Shown here one piece after another: positions 10,410 to 21,519 of a stretch of DNA of 64,000 bases (positions are counted from its first letter, which is position 1; every line of letters begins with the position of its first letter). The notes below the pieces were generated by a model, which worked only from the letters and a program-made list of their open reading frames with translations, did not search any database and was not told the DNA's origin. The position numbers were made by a program, and so were the translations under genes. The DNA is from Nitrospirota bacterium (GTDB taxonomy: Bacteria > Nitrospirota > UBA9217), in contig CAWIYV010000014.1 in assembly GCA_963840455.1 (NCBI GenBank), positions 384,001 to 448,000 on the forward strand, read 5' to 3'.

Positions 10410-11483
10410 ATGAATCCCATTCCCCGCAAGAAGACCCGCCAGATAACGCTCGGCCCCGTGAAGATCGGCTGGGGCGCGCCGGTGGTGGTGCAGTCCATGT
10501 GCAACACGAACACCCGGGACGTCGCGGCGACGCTGGCACAGATCGATCGGCTTGAGGCCGCCGGCTGTGAGGTCGTGCGGCTCGCGGTCCCGGACGAGGA
10601 CGCAGCGAAGGCGCTCGGGAATATCAGGAAGGGAACGAAGGTCCCCCTGGTCGCGGACATCCATTTCAGCCATACCCTCGCGATGGAAGCAGTGAAGCAG
10701 GGCGTGGACGGGCTACGGATCAACCCGGGCAATATCGGCGGCAAGGACAAGGTCAGCGAGGTCGTGAAGGCCTGCAAGGAAAGGAAGATACCCATCCGCA
10801 TCGGCGTGAACGCCGGCTCGCTCGAAAAGCATCTGCTCGAGAAGTACGGCCATCCCACGCCCGAGGCCATCGTCGAGAGCGCCTTCGGCCATCTACGCAT
10901 CCTCGAGGACCTGGATTACGGGGAGATCAAGGTCTCGCTCAAGGCATCGGACGTGCTCACGACGGTTGAGGCGTACCGGCTCTTCGCGACGCAGTCGGAC
11001 TACCCCGTGCACATCGGCATTTCCGAGGCGGGGACCATCCACGCCGGCACGATCAAGTCGAGCGTGGGCCTCGGTATCCTTCTGGCCGAGGGCATCGGCG
11101 ATACCATGCGGGTCTCGCTTACCGCAGACCCGGTCGAGGAGGTCCGCGTCGCCTACGAAATATTGAAATCCCTCAAGGTCCGGCAGCGCGGCGTGAACCT
11201 CATCTCCTGCCCCACCTGCGGCAGGACCGAGATCAACATCATCGGACTTGCCGAGGAAGTAGAGCGGCGGCTCAGTCACATCAAGGAGCCGCTCACGGTG
11301 GCGGTCATGGGCTGCGTGGTGAACGGCCCCGGCGAGGCGCGCGAGGCGGACATCGGGATAGCCGGCGGCAAAGGCGTGGGAATGCTGTTCAGGCACGGCG
11401 AGATCGTCAGGAAGTTCGATGAGAAGGACCTGGCGGATGTGCTGGTGAAGGAAGTGGAAGAGATCGTTAAGAGTAGACAGTAG
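10410..11483 (+). CDS. ispG: (E)-4-hydroxy-3-methylbut-2-enyl diphosphate synthase
   Basis: VQSM, ADIHF, RINPGN, SCPTCGRT, MGCVVNGPGEA. Confidence 0.97.
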   Translation: MNPIPRKKTRQITLGPVKIGWGAPVVVQSMCNTNTRDVAATLAQIDRLEAAGCEVVRLAVPDEDAAKALGNIRKGTKVPLVADIHFSHTLAMEAVKQGVDGLRINPGNIGGKDKVSEVVKACKERKIPIRIGVNAGSLEKHLLEKYGHPTPEAIVESAFGHLRILEDLDYGEIKVSLKASDVLTTVEAYRLFATQSDYPVHIGISEAGTIHAGTIKSSVGLGILLAEGIGDTMRVSLTADPVEEVRVAYEILKSLKVRQRGVNLISCPTCGRTEINIIGLAEEVERRLSHIKEPLTVAVMGCVVNGPGEAREADIGIAGGKGVGMLFRHGEIVRKFDEKDLADVLVKEVEEIVKSRQ

Positions 11484-11616
11484 ACGGTAGACGGTAAACA
11501 AGAGAAAAAAGCAGACGGTAAACGGTAGCGGCAAACAGGAGACAGGAAACTGCAAGCATCAAAGCCTTTCCCGTATACCGTATGCTGTATACCGTCTACC
11601 GCTCTTCGGAGGTTCC

Positions 11617-13308
<1,692 letters not shown>

Positions 13309-13404
13309 CGGCAGTTCAAAGCGCACAGTTCAAAGTTCATGGTGTGCATGCACAGTCTGTTTTTTCTCTGAACGACGAACTCAGAACTCTGAACTGGAGG
13401 TATC

Positions 13405-13644
13405 ATGGACCAGGACATCGAGAAGATCAAAGCGGTCATTGCGGAGAAGAGCAAGCGGTACCAGTCAAAGATGGGCGAAGTGACCTTCGCCGGCATCGAG
13501 GGCGGTACCGTGAAGATCGCTCCGTCGGGCTTCTGCTGGCGTTGACACGTCACCCGGATAGCCCTGGTCGAGGGCTTGCAAAAGGAGCTGAGCGCGGCGT
13601 TCCCCTGGGTCAAAAGGGTCATTGTGGTCAGGCCGGAGCCGTGA
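13405..13644 (+). CDS. NifU-like C-terminal domain protein with CxxU motif (probable selenoprotein, 79 aa)
   Basis: GGAGG RBS, ATG 13405; reads ...GEVTFAGIEGGTVKIAPSGFCWR-TGA(13543-45)-HVTRIALVEGLQKELSAAFPWVKRVIV; TGA sits at the second Cys of the NifU GxCxxC motif; downstream hairpin. Confidence 0.8.
13561..13575 (+). promoter_or_regulatory. Putative bacterial SECIS hairpin
   Basis: GCCCT-GGTCG-AGGGC, starting 16 nt after the in-frame TGA. Confidence 0.65.
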
Positions 13645-13903
13645 ATCCAAGAGCGAGTGCGCCCCCCGCGGCTTATCGCGGGGTTAGCGAACGAATAGAA
13701 TAACGATAGTTCCTTGAGGATCGAAGCTCCATGCCTCTTGCAATAGGGAGCTTGAATCCAGGAGCGAGCGTAATCCCCGCAGTTTGCTGTCGGGTTAGCA
13801 AGCGATTAGGATAAATATATATCCTGCGGATCGAAGATTCCCTGCAGCGGGGCTGCAGGGAGCTTCAATCCAGGAGCGAGCGCATTCACTGCAGCTTGCC
13901 GCA
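13643..13903 (+). repeat. Palindromic dispersed repeat, about 2.5 tandem units
   Basis: Three GAATCCA(A/G)GAGCGAG-type starts and two GGATCGAAG..GGGAGCTT hairpins. Confidence 0.85.
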
Positions 13904-13981
13904 GAGAGGTGCAATTGCACAAAAAAAGCTTGAATTCCCGTGGTGAAGTGCCTATAATTTACTCCATTGGAGGCTCACACC

Positions 13982-14212
13982 ATGGCCGATGATGCTTTAA
14001 GACTGAAGCTCACCCCCCAGCAGAGTGCAGAGATCAAGAAGCAGATCGGTTTCGAGCTTACTGAGATCTATCTCACCAAGCGTGCCTTGAACAAGCTCAG
14101 GGTGTTCCGGCTCCGCCTCAGCGAGGACCAGCAACAGAGCATCGCCGATGCCTGGGGGCAGAAGGTGAAGGAACTGACGGTTACGCGGTCGGTGGCAACG
14201 CGGATCATGTAG
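13982..14212 (+). CDS. Small hypothetical protein with internal duplication
   Basis: TTGAAT-17-TATAAT promoter and GGAGG RBS; LRLKLTPQQ..IKKQIG / FRLRLSEDQQ..IADAWG repeat. Confidence 0.65.
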   Translation: MADDALRLKLTPQQSAEIKKQIGFELTEIYLTKRALNKLRVFRLRLSEDQQQSIADAWGQKVKELTVTRSVATRIM

Positions 14213-14306
14213 TTAGTACCGGTCCCGTCCGGTGCCCGCATGGCCCCTTCAGATACTATTTATCCTGTTCATTCTGACGACATACCATGAAAGGAGGTGA
14301 CCTTCC

Positions 14307-14504
14307 TTGAGAAAACTGTTCGCAGTACTGCTTTCATTGCTTATCGTAGCGGCATTCGTTCTTATCGGCTGCGAGAAGAAGCCCGCACCCCCGAAACCTG
14401 CCCCGGCCCCGGTGGTAACGCCGCCGCCCGCACCGGCTCCCGCACCGGCGCCAGCTCCGGCACCGACGCCAGCTCCGGCACCTGCGAAGCCCGCGAAGAA
14501 GTAA
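14307..14504 (+). CDS. Small Pro/Ala-rich lipoprotein
   Basis: AAGGAGGTGA RBS, TTG start, lipobox LIGC, (PA)n tail. Confidence 0.75.
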   Translation: MRKLFAVLLSLLIVAAFVLIGCEKKPAPPKPAPAPVVTPPPAPAPAPAPAPAPTPAPAPAKPAKK

Positions 14505-14538
14505 TAGCCTGCGGGAACGATCAGCTTGAGATCCTATC

Positions 14539-14566
14539 AAGGCCCCCGTCTGGGGGCCTTTTCTTT
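14539..14566 (+). terminator. Rho-independent terminator
   Basis: AAGGCCCCC-GTCT-GGGGGCCTT followed by TTCTTT. Confidence 0.8.
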
Positions 14567-14756
14567 GGCGAGAGCAAGGGCTGACCGCGCACCGGATGCA
14601 AAGGGCGCCTTGGATTCAACATCATTTGCCGCCGAGAACTTGGCCGCAGACCACAGGCAGGTTCACCGGGAGAGGCCATGATCAGGAGCATGCTCGGCTT
14701 TCCTCTGTGTCCTCGGGGGTGAACAATAGGTTCTTCTCTTTCTTCATACATCATTT

Positions 14757-16550
14757 ATGAACAGACTCACCACAGAGATGCTTTCCGATATCCTGCTCAG
14801 GGCGGGGAAGATCGGGCCCGAGCAGGCAAAAGAGATCAAGTTGAAGCAGGACGTCCAGCGGATGAAGATCCTGAAGGCCCGGGGCGACCATCTCCGGGGC
14901 AGGGTGCATCTCGAGGACGAGGTGTCCGCCATCGAGGTCGCCGTGAGCCTTGAGCTGGAGCTGCCCGGAGAGCCCGGCAAGAAGCTCACCGAGGACATGA
15001 TCACCGAGGCCGTTGCCCGGCATGCCGGCATGCCGTTCAAGAAGATCGATCCTCTGATGCTCAATCCCGAGATCGTCACCCAGATTCTTCCCCGGGCCTT
15101 TGCCCGAAAGAACAGCGCCGTGCCGATCGAGCGGGCCGAGGACAAGCTCATTGTCGCCGTCTCGGACCCTTACAACCTCGAGGTCGTGGAGAACATCGAG
15201 CGGATGGGGTATAAGGTCGCCCGCGTGCTGTCGCCCAAGACGGACATCCTGAAGATCATCACCGAGTTCTACGGGTTCCGGTCCTCGGTGAGCGCTGCGG
15301 CCAAGGAGATGGGCTCGGAGGTGGACCTGGGGAACCTCGAGCAGTTCGTGAAGATGAAGGCCGTGAGCGAGATCGAGGCCACGGACAAGCACATCGTGAA
15401 CGCCGTGGAGTTCCTGTTCCGCTATGCCTTCGACCAGCGGGCCAGCGACATCCACATCGAGCCCAAGCGCGACCATTCCGAGGTCCGGTTCAGGATCGAC
15501 GGCATGCTCCACACGATCCATAAGGTCCCGAAGCAGGTGCACCCGGCGTTCGTCTCGCGCGTCAAGATGCTTTCCCGCATGGACATCGCCGAGAAGCGCC
15601 GGCCCCAGGACGGCCGCATCAAGACCGAATACAAGGGCCGCGAGGTCGAGTTCCGCGTGTCCACCATGCCCGTGGCCTTCGGCGAGAAGGTGGTCCTCAG
15701 GATCTTCGACCCCGACATCATCCTGCAGGACCTGGAAGAACTGGGATTCTCGCCGCGGGAATACGAGCTGTTCCGTTCCTTCATCACGCGGCCCCACGGC
15801 ATCATCCTCGTCACCGGCCCAACGGGGAGCGGCAAGACCACAACGCTCTATTCGGCCCTCAAGACCATTTCCACTCCTGAAGTGAACGTGATCACCGTCG
15901 AGGATCCCATTGAAATGGTCTATGACCGCTTCAACCAGGTAGGCGTCCAGCCGCAGATCGGCGTCACCTTCGGCACGACGCTGCGGACCATCCTGCGTCA
16001 GGACCCGGACGTCATCATGGTGGGCGAGGTCCGCGATCTCGAGACCGCCGAGAATGCTGTTCAGGCTTCCCTGACCGGCCATCTGGTCTTCTCGACCCTG
16101 CACACCAACGATGCGCCCAGTTCCATCACCCGTCTCCTGGACCTGGGTCTGCCGGCATACCTCATCGCTTCCACGGTCGTGGGCATCATGGCCCAGAGGC
16201 TGCTGCGGAAAATCTGCAAACACTGCGAACGGTCGTACCAGCTGCTGCCCGAAGAGGCCGCTGCCGTGGGCCTCGCTTCGGACCTGAGCAAACCCATCAT
16301 GGTGAAGTACGGCGAGGGCTGCGCCCAGTGCCGGGGCACCGGCTACCTCGGCAGGACCGGCATCTTCGAGGTCATGGAAGTGAACGACAAGATCCGTCCG
16401 CTGGTCACCGAGAAGGCCGATGCCGAGTTCATCAAACGGACGGCCATTGCGGACGGTATGGTGCCCCTCCGCGAGGGAGCGGTCCGGAAGATGCTGAACG
16501 GCGAGACGACGTTCGATGAAGTGATCCGCGTGACGGGGGAGAAGATCTGA
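14757..16550 (+). CDS. GspE/PilB-family secretion ATPase (stand-alone paralog)
   Basis: ASDIHIEP, GPTGSGKTTT, LRQDPDVIMVGEVRD, CxxC...CxxC zinc motif. Confidence 0.9.
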   Translation: MNRLTTEMLSDILLRAGKIGPEQAKEIKLKQDVQRMKILKARGDHLRGRVHLEDEVSAIEVAVSLELELPGEPGKKLTEDMITEAVARHAGMPFKKIDPLMLNPEIVTQILPRAFARKNSAVPIERAEDKLIVAVSDPYNLEVVENIERMGYKVARVLSPKTDILKIITEFYGFRSSVSAAAKEMGSEVDLGNLEQFVKMKAVSEIEATDKHIVNAVEFLFRYAFDQRASDIHIEPKRDHSEVRFRIDGMLHTIHKVPKQVHPAFVSRVKMLSRMDIAEKRRPQDGRIKTEYKGREVEFRVSTMPVAFGEKVVLRIFDPDIILQDLEELGFSPREYELFRSFITRPHGIILVTGPTGSGKTTTLYSALKTISTPEVNVITVEDPIEMVYDRFNQVGVQPQIGVTFGTTLRTILRQDPDVIMVGEVRDLETAENAVQASLTGHLVFSTLHTNDAPSSITRLLDLGLPAYLIASTVVGIMAQRLLRKICKHCERSYQLLPEEAAAVGLASDLSKPIMVKYGEGCAQCRGTGYLGRTGIFEVMEVNDKIRPLVTEKADAEFIKRTAIADGMVPLREGAVRKMLNGETTFDEVIRVTGEKI

Positions 16551-16761
16551 CAGAGTGAGGCCCGGGCACAGGAGCAAGGGTCCCGGTAAGCATTGAGCAG
16601 TTCTTGACCCCTGGCCATACAGCGTATTTACGGACAAGGGCATAAAGATTTTGCCACAGAGGTCTGCGAGGACACCGAGAAAAGATTACGAAAATTCAGT
16701 TGTAGCCGGCCCTTCTCGGTGCTCTCTGTGTTCTCTGGCGGGGACAGATGGTATCAATACT

Positions 16762-18060
16762 ATGCACTCCTTTATAACTATGGATTCGTTCACCACATTT
16801 CTTTCCGAACACGTGTACCTTTTTGCCGGAGTGCTCGCCAGCATCCTGATGGCGGCCTTCTTCGCCGCATCCGAAACGGCCATGCTGTTCGCGAACAAGG
16901 CGCGTCTGCATCAGCTTGCCGATGCGGGGAACGCCCGGGCCGGAGCAGCGCTGAAGCTCGCCCTTGAGCGGGAACGTTTGCATAGCGCCCTCCTGCTGGT
17001 GGAGAACTTCTTCCTTGTCCTGGCGGTGGTCTTGAGCACGGTCATCGCGCTTGACCTGTTCGGCGGAACGCTTGCGGCGATTGTGGTGACGGCGGTCGTG
17101 ATGAGCATCGTGGTCGTCTTGTTCGCCAAGCTCGCGCCCAAGGGGCTCACCGCGCGCGATCCTGACAGCCTGGCACTCATTGTTGCCTATCCCATGCTGT
17201 TCGTCATGAAGATGGTCTCCCCCGTTTCCCGCATGGTCGCCGCCGCCGCGGATCTCTTCTCCGGTCCCGCCGCGACCCGGGGGCTTTCCTGCACCGCGGT
17301 GGTGACCGAGGAAGACATCAAGGCGATGATAAACCTCGGCGAGGAGGAGGGGGCCCTCAAAGAGGAGGAGAAGGAGCTCCTGCACAAGGTCTTTGAGTTC
17401 GGCGACACCCTGGCGTCGGAGGCCATGCGGCCGCGTACCGAGATCGTCAGCATCCCTGCCGCCGCGGCGATCAAGGACGTGCTCGCGCTGGTCTCTGAGT
17501 TCGGTTTTTCGCGCTACCCGGTCATCGAGCAGACCGTGGACACGGTCACCGGCATCCTGTATATCAAGGACATCCTGATCGCCATGTCCGCGGGCGACGT
17601 GAAACGCGAAGACCCGATCCAGCCGTTCGTCCGGCAGTCCTACTTCATCCCCGAGAACAAGAAGGTCAGCGAGCTTCTCGCCGAGATGCAGCGGGACAAG
17701 TTCCAGATCGCCATCGTCATCGACGAGTTCGGCGGCACGGCGGGCCTGGTGACGCTGGAGGACCTCATCGAGGAGATCGTTGGCAGCATCCACGACGAAC
17801 TGGAGTCCGTGGACAGGGACGTGGAGGTTGTTGACGAGAAAAATGTGATGGTGTCCGGCCAGTCGGAGATCGACGAAGTGAACGAACTCCTCGACACCCG
17901 CATCCAGACGACGGATTTCAACACCATAGGAGGGTTTGTCTTCGGGCTCTTCGGCAGGATGCCCAGGGCGGGCGAGCAGATCCGGTACAAGGACCTCAAG
18001 TTCGAGGTCCTGGAGCTCGACGGGAGGAAGATCGACAAGATCAAGATCACGAAATTATAA
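16762..18060 (+). CDS. HlyC/CorC family (CNNM + CBS) transporter-associated protein
   Basis: FFAASETA, FSRYPV, DEFGGTAGLVTLEDLIEEIVG; start approximate. Confidence 0.9.
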   Translation: MHSFITMDSFTTFLSEHVYLFAGVLASILMAAFFAASETAMLFANKARLHQLADAGNARAGAALKLALERERLHSALLLVENFFLVLAVVLSTVIALDLFGGTLAAIVVTAVVMSIVVVLFAKLAPKGLTARDPDSLALIVAYPMLFVMKMVSPVSRMVAAAADLFSGPAATRGLSCTAVVTEEDIKAMINLGEEEGALKEEEKELLHKVFEFGDTLASEAMRPRTEIVSIPAAAAIKDVLALVSEFGFSRYPVIEQTVDTVTGILYIKDILIAMSAGDVKREDPIQPFVRQSYFIPENKKVSELLAEMQRDKFQIAIVIDEFGGTAGLVTLEDLIEEIVGSIHDELESVDRDVEVVDEKNVMVSGQSEIDEVNELLDTRIQTTDFNTIGGFVFGLFGRMPRAGEQIRYKDLKFEVLELDGRKIDKIKITKL

Positions 18061-18240
18061 AAGAGCACCATGACGGGGGGGAATATCAAAAGGATATTTG
18101 ACACTGATGACACTGAGAAAGTCTATGAAACATCCAGCCCTTCCTTTTCATAGCCTTGTCTGTATCCTCAGTGTCTGAATGGTTATTTCCAATCTCTGTG
18201 TCCCTGTGGTGGACGTTGATATTTTTTTGGGAGGTGTATC

Positions 18241-19164
18241 GTGCGGAAGAAAGTAACGGTTATCGGAGCAGGCAATGTGGGCGCGACGCTCGCGCAGCGG
18301 ATCGCGGAGACGGACCTCGCTGACGTGGTGCTGGTGGACGTGGCGGAGGGTGTGCCGCAGGGCAAGGCGCTGGACCTTGCGGAGTCCGGCCCCATCCTGG
18401 GGTATGACTCGCGGCTGACCGGGACGAACGGCTACGATGATACGGCGGGATCGGATGTGATCATCATCACGGCCGGGCTGGCGCGGAAGCCGGGCATGAG
18501 CCGGGATGACCTGCTGGCGGCGAATGGCGACATCGTGAAGGCCTGCGCAACGGAGTCCGGCAAGCGGTCACCCAAGGCGGTCATGATCGTGGTGACGAAC
18601 CCCATGGATGTGATGGCCTTCGTGGCAATGAAGGCGACGGGATTTCCCCGCGAGCGCGTCTTCGGCATGGGCGGCGTGCTCGACTCGGCCCGATTCCGGA
18701 CGTTCATCGCCATGGAACTGAAGGTGTCGGTCGAGAACACCCACGCATTCGTGCTCGGCGGGCACGGGGACACCATGGTCCCGCTGCCGCGCTTCTCGAC
18801 CGTGGCGGGCATCCCGATCACGGAGCTCCTGAGCACCGACCGGATCAACAAACTGGTCGAGCGGACGCGGAACGGCGGGGCCGAGATCGTATCATTGCTC
18901 AAGACCGGGAGTGCGTACTATGCGCCGTCCGCGGCGGCGCTCGAGATGGTGGAAGCTATCCTTCTGGACAAGAAGAAGATCCTCCCCTGCTCGGCGCTCC
19001 TGGAGGGCGAGTACGGCGTGAAGAGCGTGTTCGCCGGAATTCCGGTGAAGCTCGGCGCCAAGGGCATCGAGCAGTTCGTCGAGGTAAAGCTCAATGCAGA
19101 GGAGAAGGCCGGGTTCATGAGGTCCGTGGAGGCGGTGAGGTCGGGATGCGCGAAATTCATGTAG
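18241..19164 (+). CDS. mdh: Malate dehydrogenase (LDH-like)
   Basis: [39 protein letters not shown]. Confidence 0.95.
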   Translation: MRKKVTVIGAGNVGATLAQRIAETDLADVVLVDVAEGVPQGKALDLAESGPILGYDSRLTGTNGYDDTAGSDVIIITAGLARKPGMSRDDLLAANGDIVKACATESGKRSPKAVMIVVTNPMDVMAFVAMKATGFPRERVFGMGGVLDSARFRTFIAMELKVSVENTHAFVLGGHGDTMVPLPRFSTVAGIPITELLSTDRINKLVERTRNGGAEIVSLLKTGSAYYAPSAAALEMVEAILLDKKKILPCSALLEGEYGVKSVFAGIPVKLGAKGIEQFVEVKLNAEEKAGFMRSVEAVRSGCAKFM

Positions 19165-19985
19165 ACGAGATCCGGGACAATGTGGCGCAGATCTGCATCG
19201 AGGCCGCCTACGACCTGAGCGAGGACGTCTGCACGGCCTTCGACCGGGCGCAGGAGACCGAGACCGCGCCTGCGGCCAAAGCGGTCATCGGCCTCCTGAA
19301 AGAGAACGCCCGCATCGCCCGGGAGGACCGCATCCCCATCTGTCAGGACACGGGCATCGCCGTGTTCTTCGTCGAGATTGGACAGGACCTGCGGATCAAG
19401 AATGGGTTCCTGACCGACGCCATCAATGAAGGGGTGCGGAAAGGCTACAAGGAGGGCTACCTCCGGAAGTCCGTGGTCGACCCCCTGACGCGGAAGAACA
19501 CCGGCGACAATACCCCGGCAATCATCTACACCGAGGTTGTGCCGGGCGACAAGCTCAGGATCTCCTTCATGCCCAAGGGCGCGGGGAGCGAGAACATGAG
19601 CGCCATCAGGATGCTCCGCCCCACCGAAGGGATCGAGGGCATCAAAGATTTCGTTCTGGAATGCGTTAGGAAGGCAGGGGCCAATCCCTGTCCGCCGATC
19701 GTTGTCGGCGTCGGCATCGGCGGCACGTTCGAGAAGGCTGCGGTGATGGCGAAAAAGTCGCTCCTTCGCCATATCGGCAGCCCCAATCCGAAGCTCGAAC
19801 TCGCGGCGCTCGAAGAGGATCTGCTCAAGGCGGTGAACCGGATGGGCATCGGGCCCGAGGGGTTGGGCGGCGAGGTGACTGCCATGGCCGTGCACGTGGA
19901 GAGCCATCCGTGCCATATCGCGAGCCTGCCCGTGGCGGTGAACATCAACTGCCACGCAGCACGGCACAAGACGATCATTCTGTAA
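19146..19985 (+). CDS. Class I fumarate hydratase alpha subunit (Fe-S hydro-lyase, split type)
   Basis: [39 protein letters not shown]. Confidence 0.9.
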   Translation: MREIHVDEIRDNVAQICIEAAYDLSEDVCTAFDRAQETETAPAAKAVIGLLKENARIAREDRIPICQDTGIAVFFVEIGQDLRIKNGFLTDAINEGVRKGYKEGYLRKSVVDPLTRKNTGDNTPAIIYTEVVPGDKLRISFMPKGAGSENMSAIRMLRPTEGIEGIKDFVLECVRKAGANPCPPIVVGVGIGGTFEKAAVMAKKSLLRHIGSPNPKLELAALEEDLLKAVNRMGIGPEGLGGEVTAMAVHVESHPCHIASLPVAVNINCHAARHKTIIL

Positions 19986-20154
19986 AGAAACCACGGATGA
20001 CCAAAAGTAGGCGCCTCTAGGCGACACGGCCAGAACCTTTTCACCACAGAGGACGCAGAGAACGCTGAGGAAGATTCAATGTCTTTTTAATAATTCAAGC
20101 TCAAATCTTTTCTCTGCGCGCTCCGCGATCTCTGCGGTAAATACATGGTGATTC

Positions 20155-20721
20155 ATGACTGAACCTATCAAAATAACTCCTCCCCTGACCGACGAGGTCA
20201 TCACAAAGCTCAAGGCAGGCGACCGGGTACTGATCACCGGTGTTATCTACACGGGCAGGGACATGGCGCACAAGGCCATGGTCGAGGGCCACAGGAAGGG
20301 GCAGCCGTTCCCCTTCGATCTTGCGGGACAAGTACTGTACTATACCGGTCCTACTCCGGCGCCGCCGGGACGGCCCATTGGTGCGGCGGGCCCGACCACG
20401 AGCTACCGCATGGACAAGTATGCGCCGTACTTACTTGAGCACGGGCTCAAAGGCATGATCGGAAAAGGACCGCGCGGAACCGAGGTCAAGGACTCCATCA
20501 GGAAGAATACGGCCGTCTATTTTGCCGCCATCGGCGGTGCAGGCGCGCTCATCTCAAAGGCCATCAAGAAGGCCGAGGTCATCGCGTACCCTGAGCTCGG
20601 CACCGAGGCGGTCATGCGGCTCGAGGTGGAGGACTTCCCCGCCTTTGTGGTGAACGATGTCCACGGCGGAGACCTTTACGAGATGGGAGTCAGGGAGTAC
20701 GGCGAAGTAAAAGAGAAATAA
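20155..20721 (+). CDS. Class I fumarate hydratase beta subunit
   Basis: TGRDMAH, AAGPTTSYRMD, MIGKG, GGAGAL, NDVHG. Confidence 0.9.
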   Translation: MTEPIKITPPLTDEVITKLKAGDRVLITGVIYTGRDMAHKAMVEGHRKGQPFPFDLAGQVLYYTGPTPAPPGRPIGAAGPTTSYRMDKYAPYLLEHGLKGMIGKGPRGTEVKDSIRKNTAVYFAAIGGAGALISKAIKKAEVIAYPELGTEAVMRLEVEDFPAFVVNDVHGGDLYEMGVREYGEVKEK

Positions 20722-20895
20722 GAAAAAAGTGATTTTACCGCAGAGGACGCAGAGGAAAAAACGACCGAACACGAATGTCACGAATAAACGAATAGCACGA
20801 ATGAATGCAGGACCTTGATTTAGATCTATTCGTGTCATTAGTCCCATTCGTGTCATTCGTGATAAAGCTTTTGATCATGCTTCAGGAGGATTTAG

Positions 20896-21429
20896 ATGAC
20901 GATCAAGTCAAAGATCAGGACCGTGCCAAACTACCCCAAGAAAGGCATCATGTTCCGCGACATCACCACGCTCATCAAGGACCCCGTGGGGTTCCGGCTG
21001 GTGATCGACACGATCACGCAGCGGTACATCCATGAGAACTACAACTTCAACGTCATCGTGGGTATCGAATCGCGCGGGTTCATCATCGGCGGCGCGCTGG
21101 CCTACACGCTCGGCAAGGGATTCGTGCCCATCCGAAAGAAGGGCAAGCTGCCGGCCGAGGTGGTCTCGCAGGAGTACCAGCTCGAGTACGGCACGGACAG
21201 GATTGAGGTCCACAAGGACGCCATCAAGAAGGGCGACCGGGTGCTGCTGATCGACGACCTGCTTGCCACAGGCGGCACGGCGCTTGCTGCCGCGGCCCTC
21301 ATCGAGAAGCTTGGCGGTACGATCGTGGAGATGGCCTTCATCGTGGATCTGCCGGACGTGGGCGGGAAGAAGAAGCTCAAGGAGAAGGGTTATAAGGTCT
21401 ACGCGTTGACGGAGTTCGAAGGGGATTAA
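20896..21429 (+). CDS. apt: Adenine phosphoribosyltransferase
   Basis: FRDITT, ESRGF, RKKGKLP, YQLEYG, IDDLLATGGT. Confidence 0.95.
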   Translation: MTIKSKIRTVPNYPKKGIMFRDITTLIKDPVGFRLVIDTITQRYIHENYNFNVIVGIESRGFIIGGALAYTLGKGFVPIRKKGKLPAEVVSQEYQLEYGTDRIEVHKDAIKKGDRVLLIDDLLATGGTALAAAALIEKLGGTIVEMAFIVDLPDVGGKKKLKEKGYKVYALTEFEGD

Positions 21430-21456
21430 GACCATCCCGGACAAGGACGGAACGGG

Positions 21457-21490
21457 AAAGGCCCTGCTCGGTATTTGCAGGGCCTTTTTT
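21457..21490. terminator. Terminator between convergent apt and hydrogenase operon, probably bidirectional
   Basis: AAAGGCCCTGC...GCAGGGCCTTTTTT. Confidence 0.8.
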
Positions 21491-21519
21491 ATTGCATGGT
21501 CATTAATAGAGCAGCGGGG

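Noticed and set aside
13344-13703. 119-aa ORF from the track
   Set aside because: It starts and ends in repeats and has no RBS; the overlapping frame at 13405 has an RBS and NifU-like sequence
14757-16550. Orphan GspE/PilB as a second secretion system
   Set aside because: No accompanying pil or gsp genes; stand-alone paralogs are common
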